Below, one piece after another: positions 55,910-64,000 of a stretch of DNA of 64,000 nucleotides. This stretch comes from Azolla caroliniana (lineage: Eukaryota; Plantae; Polypodiophyta), in NCBI GenBank assembly GCA_043228905.1, contig JBHGNT010000010.1, positions 17,546,001 through 17,610,000 of the forward strand, given 5' to 3'. Made by a program: the position numbers and the translations under genes. Within the stretch, counting starts at the first letter, position 1. Each line of letters starts with the position of its first letter. A model generated the notes under the pieces. That model did no database searches, was not told where the DNA came from, and was given only the letters and a program-made list of their open reading frames with translations.

Positions 55910-58467
55910 CTTCTGATATACCTTCAAATTCTCTGACCTGAAATGACCATACACATAAAGAAAGAAAGAAAAAAAGATATATTAACGTCTTCTAAGAACA
56001 AATTTGGTCCATGATACAATTAGTTACAACAAAATGGGATGTGTACCTAGTCATCAAAAGTAAAAATAAAACAAATCTTTTTTGAAGAGAGAGAGAGAGT
56101 AAGCACTAATTGACAAAGCTAAGCAAGTTAGAAGTAAGTTAGTAGCTCGAAGGTGTTTGACAATCGCCATTACCCGATTTCCCACCAAAAGGGTATACAT
56201 TGGTTCGGACTCTAGGCTAATGAGATCGATGGGAGGAAAATTTCCATTGATGCATACAAGTGATTCTGCGAAGTGCAAGGAAACGACATAAGGAGATTAT
56301 TTTTTAACACATTGAATAAATTTGGTACAATCATTTAGTATAAATGTTATTGAATGGTGAACCCAATCAATAGATAAATATGAGTTTTTATTAAAGAACC
56401 AAAGGTAACCCAATATTACATTGGTAGTATGAAGATTCATTACATAGAAATCTACTTACTCTACGTAACTATTTATGTAAATTACCAATGAATGAATCGC
56501 CTTGTTGATGTATTGCACTATTCCATTAGCCAAGTGCACCTTATAGGTGTAATCACGTATGGTGAATTGAAATACCAATATCTAAACCCAACGACCAGTC
56601 AAGAAATTATGTGAGTTTCCAAAACCAAACAAGAACGGTATTGGAGATCCATTGATATACCCATTTGTATGTGTAAATCATTGGGTCCAAATACATGGTG
56701 AGGGAAAGTACATTTACAATAACTTCAATGATGCGCATAGATCTCAAGAACTTCAAGAATCTAACCTTTATTGTTTGCAACTTTGTGTTTGTTGTTGTGC
56801 TCTTTGTGTTGGAGCTTCCAACATTGCTCTTTTGTGTGACCCTTCTTTTTTCAAAACACACAAAATTGATTTTGTCACTTAAAATCACGATCAGGAATTC
56901 ATTAGGTCTTTTGTGTTTTCCTAGCAAATTGTGATTGCTTGGTCCCGTTGGTCCCGGTTGATTCAGGTTTATTATGGTCCTTCTTCAAAGTGTGTGGACA
57001 ATGAAGAACAATTTCAATGACCTCTTTTGAAGGATTTTGGATCCTTATTATGCACTATTGAATGATGGTATGAATTAACGATCCATTGACAAAACAAGCA
57101 ATTAACTGTCCTCTTCCAAACCCGATTTTTAAGTTTGGGTTATAGCATGGTGAACATAATCCTCGAGAGGCTCACTAGTGCTTGTGTTGCTTTGGTACAA
57201 GTGGAGATTGTAAAAATTGTACTATCCAACTTGGAATAGAGCGCAAAATGAGACTCCTATCTGCCAAGTCACGTGTAGATTGCTTATTCGGTTCTCCCAT
57301 TTTTTTGTCTCGTAAATGGCTTGATGATAAATGATGGTTTACTTTGACATTTGTCCAAACTATTAGCATCTTGTTGTATACTAATGACACATGCTTCAAG
57401 AGCTCCATGAGATTGCGGGGGTTCGGAAATCTCATTCAAGGTAGAATTAAGAATTTTTTGTATTTGTAAAAAATATGCCTCAATTGGGATTGCCACAAGA
57501 GTAGTTCCTTGAATCCCCTTTGCTTGAGAGGTTGCCATAGGATGGTCATTATTATGAGCCATAAAAATATGATATATCGCAAAAAATAAGACAGGGTCAA
57601 ATAAATAGGCATAACAAATGTCATGATGCAAAAAAATCCATGTAAAAACATTAATCAATATTTTGATCTCACGTAGGACCCCTTTAGATGTATTAGATGA
57701 GGTTCACAATCAAGTAACTATGGTAACACAAAGGTGTTTAAAAACCATGGGGGTGAGAAATAAATGACTTGTACTAAACTTTATATCGACTTTTTCCATG
57801 GTAGTTCCCAGATGCTCAACCATGTTTGTTAGCCTCATGAATAGTTTATACACGAAAAAATGGTAAAAATAAACTTAATCTTTATGCCCACCAATCATAG
57901 TTGTAAACAACATGTATTCTACATTTTAGAATACATTGAAGTATTCTGACCATATTCTACATTTTAGAACTGCCATGGTATAATATTTCATATATTCTGT
58001 GTTCTAAGTATTTTATGTATTGTAAGTATTCGGAGTATTATAATTTATACATATTTAACAAGTATTTTAAATTTCCAAAAAGTTAAAAAAAATTAAAACA
58101 TAACAACTACTATTTGCTTAAAAAACTTTAAATTTTAAGAAATTTTTAACGTATTTTACATGTATTTAAAGTATGGCGCATGTATTCTAAGTATTTAACA
58201 TATTTTATTTATAAAATACGTACTCTATATATATTTTAAAACAATTTAGAATATTTAGCATATGTATTCTACACGTATTCTAAGAATTTAATATATTATA
58301 ACGAAGAGTCTGAATTGCACTTACGCCTAAAGTTTAAACATGTTTTATAGTCATAATAACAATATTGTTGTTTGGTCTTAGTCACATTTGAACTCATAAA
58401 CTTAAGAACAAAGACATTAAACACTTGAGCTAACCAAATGGGCTGATCATATTGAATGTGGCTATCA

Positions 58468-58705
58468 CCATGTGATAATGGGATAGGGGGTGGGACCTAG
58501 AATGGTTCTACCCCTCTCCATAGGGGTTGAGTGTGAGGGACCGCTCTCTCGCACATTGCCGCCACTACGTATAATTCATCGTCTTCTTCCAAAGGTGGTT
58601 CGCCGTTGCTGTCGCCAAAAAATTGTTTATGAATGGTTGTTGCCATGTGATAATGGGGTGGCGGGTGGAACCTAGAATGGCTCCACCCCCCTCCCAAGGG
58701 GTTGA
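58468..58705. repeat. ~62-bp direct repeat pair, period ~175 bp
   Basis: ccatgtgataatggg...acctagaatgg.tc.acccc...aggggttga at 58468 and 58643. Confidence 0.75.
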
Positions 58706-58979
58706 ACGTGAAGCAGAGAGAGAGGGAGAGATGTCAAAGATAGAACTTTTTGTTTTTCATTCATGCATGCACCATATGGGGTTAAATAGTACAATGAGGG
58801 TATGCATCAATAAGATACATAGGGGTGCATATCCATCTATCCATTCACACACACAATTCACTCACACTCTTTCATATCTACAGACTACATACATGCACAA
58901 ACATGTGCATGTGTTCATACACATATGAACTCGCTTACTCACTCTTGTGCGCATTACACATACACTTACAAGTTACAAC

Positions 58980-59901
58980 CATAGTATGAACCATACGTAC
59001 CATTTTTCGTGCATTCGTGGTCGAGAATGGTTCAATCATTCGAGAATGGTAAACACCCTCGAAGAATGATAAATACCATACTTTTGGATAAATGATTTAC
59101 TATAAGGTAAATATTTTTTCACGGTAAATATTTTTTTTAAATTGCAAAAAAAAACACATTACCTTCTTAATAACAATATGCTTTTTTTCATAAATTCTAA
59201 TAACAACTATCCAAAATGCCTAGTCTTCAAAAATATTCTCAATGAGGTGTTACATCAAAATGAACATTCCTAATCTTCATTCAAGGTGATATCATCATCT
59301 TCAAAATCATCATCAAGATAAGCCATCACATTGGTGAGGCTCTCATTTTCAAAATGATAGAAATTATAGAAAAATTAAAGCAATTACAAGCTTTATAGAA
59401 TAATTACAGAAATTATAGAACAAATAAAAGAAAATTTACAAAAATCACAAAGAAATGATATAGAAATTTCAAAACTTATAAAGAAATTACAGAAATGATA
59501 GAAATTACAAAGAAATAACAGAAATTACGGAAATTACAGAAATTTCAGAAATTTCAGAGAAATTACAAAACAATTACAGAAATTTCTATACTACATAGCA
59601 CATAATACATAGTACATACTATGACCTAAAGTTTAAACAACTTTAAACCCTATTATTAACCCTAAATATAGTTGAATCTCGTTGGTATGCAGATCATTCA
59701 AGCAACAAATCGTTCGAGGCTAGGTAGGAGAGGAGAGGAGAGCGTAACGTTACGTTAATGTCCCGAGGAAAAGGGGGGAAAGGGGAAAAAACAAAAAAAA
59801 AAGGAAAAAAAAAACACGAATATTTGAATATCATTCGTGTTCGTTTTCCAACGTAGGAAAACGAATGATATGGCAGACAAACACGAATTTTACATACTAT
59901 G
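58980..59901. mobile_element. second non-autonomous hAT-like element with an internal AGAAATTAC minisatellite
   Basis: TIR CATAGTATG / CATACTATG. Flanks GTTACAAC and CTTACAAC match 7/8. Subterminal TTCGTG/CACGAA motifs. 9-bp repeat array at ~59355-59590. Confidence 0.65.
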
Positions 59902-60366
59902 CTTACAACAATGCCTTTCACACAAAGACTCTATGGGCAACAAAATGGTCATATAATTAATTAATTTTTATATTAATTTCTATGAGATAAAAACGTTTGC
60001 GCCCCAATCCTTTTCTATTTTATTTCGCCCCGTTATGACTAGAAAACTATGCTCGTACATTACCCAACCTCAGGTCTTGTCATTACAATGGCAAACAATA
60101 AGAAAGCAATCTAATGGCCAAGCCAGCACTAACCCTCTTTTTTGCAATTGGCCCATGTGGCCTATTACGTGGTCATCATGAATGCCATTTGTAATGATGG
60201 TCTCGTGGTGGCCTTGTAATCATGCAACGAGTGTGGGATATTGGATGCAAGTTTCATAAAGGCCACCTTATGAATTGCCCTTAACCCCTCAAATAGGTGA
60301 GGAATGGTTGTATGACCACATGTTAGAGGCATCTTTCATGCACGCACATCCTTGTGCCCATGCTTC

Positions 60367-60711
60367 TCAAACCGTAAAAACCACGGTTTGTGGTTCAATT
60401 TCAGTTTTCAAGTTAGGTCAAAATTCAAAATTTCACATTTTAATTTAAAAAATTATATATTTCAAAATTTAAAGTTTTTTCTTAAAATATTATAATTAGG
60501 CTTAAAATGTTCAAAAGAATATTTAAAAAATGATCAAGGTCAATCCTAAATTGTCAAACCGTTTGAACCACGGTTTCAAACTATTTAAACGAGAAACCAT
60601 TAAGTAGATAAAGGCTCAAACTGAAACGAATTGAACCGTTTAAACGGTTAAGCCGTTAAGCCACGTATTCGTGGTTCAATTTGGTTTAAGTTGAACCGTT
60701 GCTAATTGATA
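60367..60711. mobile_element. truncated copy of the AACCG hAT-type MITE family
   Basis: Colinear with 55620-55909; ends GAACCGTTGCTAATTGATA. Confidence 0.75.
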
Positions 60712-60843
60712 ATGACCACCATGATCCTAACCTAAAAAAGGACACCATTTGACATGCTAATATAATGTAACATATTCCTAACATATATATTACATATTTA
60801 CAACATGTATAAGATAACATACATATACATGTGATCATACATA

Positions 60844-60877
<34 letters not shown>

Positions 60878-61829
60878 TATTAAAGAATCATTAACAAAAA
60901 CATAAACCAATGACGATGTAATCGAGATAAGTAATCGAGGCTTGTGAACTCTACACACACCCAACATCCAAAAAATAAAAGTCTATGCAATACGGAATTG
61001 AGGTATTTACTTCATACATGTATGACACACGTCACATATTACACTTATATAATATCAATTGCAAATAATGTAATAACATATGTAATACGCAATAGAGTCA
61101 TAAAACTCATACGCATACATAATGTATATACAATCTATACGCACAAAATATGACCAAGACAACATAGTTGAATGATTTACATTTCATATAACAACCACGT
61201 GCTTATATTTTTGCTTATCATATTCAGTTTAATGGGTATGAAACATGGGAAGTATTTGTTACGAATGTTTGCAAGTTAACTAGATTTTATGGAATTTATC
61301 ATGCCTTTAGAATGAGAAAGAAATTAAGTCTCACAGTTAATCTTCTTGATAAATGTAAGATTGTTAATTTATTGGGAAAGTGATGCACAATTGATGGGAT
61401 ATTAAGAGATATTAATTTTTTCAATACATGATCTTACAATGAAAAATTATCAACAAGGTAGACCACATCATCTAAGAAAAGAAGTGGAGATGCTAATTGT
61501 CAATCAAATAATTTGTTCATGATCTGCATGAATCACATAAAAGACATAATGTTGTAATGTTAGTGGAGGTTGGTATGATGTGTTTCAATCCTCAAGAAAT
61601 TGTGAAGAAATATGTGAAATATACAATATGTACAAGTGTATTGATGATGATAATGAAAAGGATAAATATGTTTTTTTCGAAGGTGCAAAAAACCATGTAT
61701 CGCACAATGTTGATATTTCAAAGGATGAGGTGGGACATGTCATGTCACATCTTGCTAATGATAAGAGTCCTCGGTAGGATGTATTAACAAATGAACTCTT
61801 TATTAAGGTAAAGGAGCCTTTTACAATAA

Positions 61830-62500
61830 GGGGAAATGCCTCATCCTTGGAAGATTGGTTTGATAAGCTTTGGCTAAAGGTCCCTTCTCTAGTTTGCTTT
61901 GTTCAATGGAGACCTATTTCCATTATGGTGGTAATGTACAAGATTTAGTGATGGCCAATGGATTACATTTTTGCCTTCTATAATTCATAATCCTAAATAT
62001 AAGTTCTTATCAAGAAGAGATATTTTACATAACATTTTGAATGTTCAAATGACAATTGGTTATGCAAAAGAAACTAAATAAGAATTAGTGTTTTACAAGT
62101 GGATCTTGACAGGCATATGATAAATTGGATTTGTTGTTTATAAATTAATTAATGTCTCATACAGTTTTGGTGATCATACATCTAAGTTGATATACACATT
62201 AGGGGTGAATTTTGTTTCACATATGGTGTTTACCAGAGGAGTAACCCAACCTATTTCTATTTGCAAATCAATTAGACATGGATGCCTGGTTAGTCCCCTA
62301 CTACTCAATATTGGGACACATCTTATTCTTGTCAAATTACACAATATGGTTGTGGAGCAAAAATTGCTTGGATTGAGGTTACCATTAGAGAAACCATGTA
62401 TTGTTCAAGCTCTCATAGATGCCTATGTCGTGTTTTTGACACTTAATCATGAAAATATTAGTAAGACAAAACATATATAAAAAATGTTTTCAAATGCTTC
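61830..62500 (+). mobile_element. highly degenerate LINE (L1-like) reverse transcriptase remnant
   Basis: QWRPISIMVVMYKI, VDLDR(A)YD-like segment, and ICKSIRHGCLVSPLLL (cf. RQGCPLSPLLF). Many stops and frameshifts. Confidence 0.7.
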
Positions 62501-63114
62501 AAGGTTGAGAGTAATATCACACATTTGTCCTCATTTTATGTATACAAAACAATGTGTTAGGGTTAAGGTGGTCAAGAAGGATAGGACATCATTGTATGAT
62601 TAGTTGTAACTTGTCACCTTGGATATCTAACAGGGTGGAAATCTCTCGCGTCAAACTTAGTGAGTGGGTATCTAAAAAATTGGAGGATAAAATACATGCG
62701 GAAAAATACATGCAACAAAATTCCTAATACAATGTTGTTGAACCTCTTATATTTGGAAACATTACACCAAACACTCAATAAAAGAACATAAATGATTCCC
62801 AATTTTTGGATACAAAATGTTGCACTCAATGTGAGGAAAATCATTACATGGACTAGAAAATTAAATAAAATCACCACCTATAAATCCCAATTTTGAAGGC
62901 ACTAAATTTGAAATGGTGTAAAATCCCTAGTTAAATTCAAAAGTGATGTGAATCAACATTCATAGAATATACATAAATATATCGGACATACATAAGAGCA
63001 CAAAAAAACAAGGAACACTGATTTTCTTCCCTAGGATTCAATAAGATCGGTTAATAAAAGAAAGGTGCTATGCAAAACAATGGAATGAAACTATACTACG
63101 TTTTGCACAAGTAG

Positions 63115-63887
63115 TTACAGCCAAGGGGAATCATGGAGAGGAGTGATTACAGCCTTGGGTTGCATATAGTTAAGAATGGCATGAATACCATGCTCTCTGC
63201 CGAACCCACTCATTCGATATCCACCGAAAGGCAGTGCAACATCATAGACGTGGTAACAATTGATCCACACTGTCCCAGCCTTAATCGACCTTGACAGCCT
63301 ATTCGCAGTGTCAATGTTCTTCGTCACGATCCCTGCGGCTAGTCCATATGTGGTGTCGTTGGACCTCTTTATTGCCTCATCCAAAGTGCTAGCAAAAGCC
63401 CCCAAGAAAAAGCATACATGCACATATCATCTCAATCATCAAAAGACTCTTAGACAATGCCAAGATAAACATATGTGCAAAATAATGCAAGCTCATCATC
63501 AAATGGTCATTGTAAGAAACGCCAAGAAAATGCATGGGTAATATCATCATCGAAGGTCCTAATAAGAGAAAATCCAAGAAAAGAGGATAATATTCATATC
63601 ATTGAATGCCATAATAAAATATAAACCAAGAAAATCATATGCTCGATCCTATGCCACCATCAAAAGGTTGTAAAAAATGCCAAGAAATGAATATGCATCA
63701 ACAAATCTCATTGCATCAAAGGTCCTAAAAAACCAGATAACTAAAATGCAGTGGAAATGATCATCCAAGTTTCAATGCATTAAAACAAAAAGACATTATA
63801 AGAAATTACATGGAAGTTCTCTTACTTATACTTTAGAACAGACATAACTGGCCCAAAAATTTCATCCTGGCAGATCTTCATGTCATC
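63115..63887 (-). CDS. ALDH2: aldehyde dehydrogenase family 2 (ALDH2C/REF1-like C-terminus), last two exons; gene continues beyond the window
   Basis: Exons 63826-63887 ([20 protein letters not shown]) and 63115-63388 ([32 protein letters not shown]...[13 protein letters not shown]...TPLHDSPWL*) splice in frame. Confidence 0.92.
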
Positions 63888-64000
63888 CTACAAGGATCAA
63901 ATCAGTTCAAAATACACTCCTTTTAGACCAGAAAAGAAAGGGACACAAGGAATAAGTAAAAATAACAAAACAAAATTAACAAATTAGAAAGAGAAGAACA

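Noticed and set aside
56250-57700. Possible Ulp1-protease/MULE relic and several 70-124 aa ORFs on the minus strand
   Set aside because: Only a faint Q..NDC-like hint, no coherent frame and no element ends found.

Overview
Eukaryotic land-plant nuclear DNA (AT-rich, GT-AG introns, CT/GA microsatellites). It is probably from a fern or other non-seed plant, inferred from the style of the PPR motifs and the D1 '[10 protein letters not shown]' variant. Genes I could reconstruct by eye: nuclear-encoded plastid ribosomal protein L19 (5 exons, +), a five-KH-domain RNA-binding protein (7 coding exons, +), a MATH-domain UBP12/UBP13-type deubiquitinase (about 32 exons, -), a large-exon protein I do not recognise (-), and the 3' end of an ALDH2 (-). 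Also present: a decayed PLS-type PPR pseudogene, a 250-bp psbA NUPT inside a UBP intron, an internally deleted Ty1/copia with LTRs and TSD, gypsy and LINE remnants, a solo LTR, and at least two hAT-type non-autonomous families. The most unusual items are a 1.1-kb mini LTR element (about 148-bp LTRs, tRNA-Ala PBS, 4-bp TSD, animal-like gypsy integrase remnant), a perfect 35-bp inverted copy of flanking DNA inside that element, and a roughly 1.9-kb degenerate foldback upstream of the UBP gene. I found no convincing new multi-gene system. Most short ORFs in the track are noise. All coordinates were read manually and may be off by a few bases.
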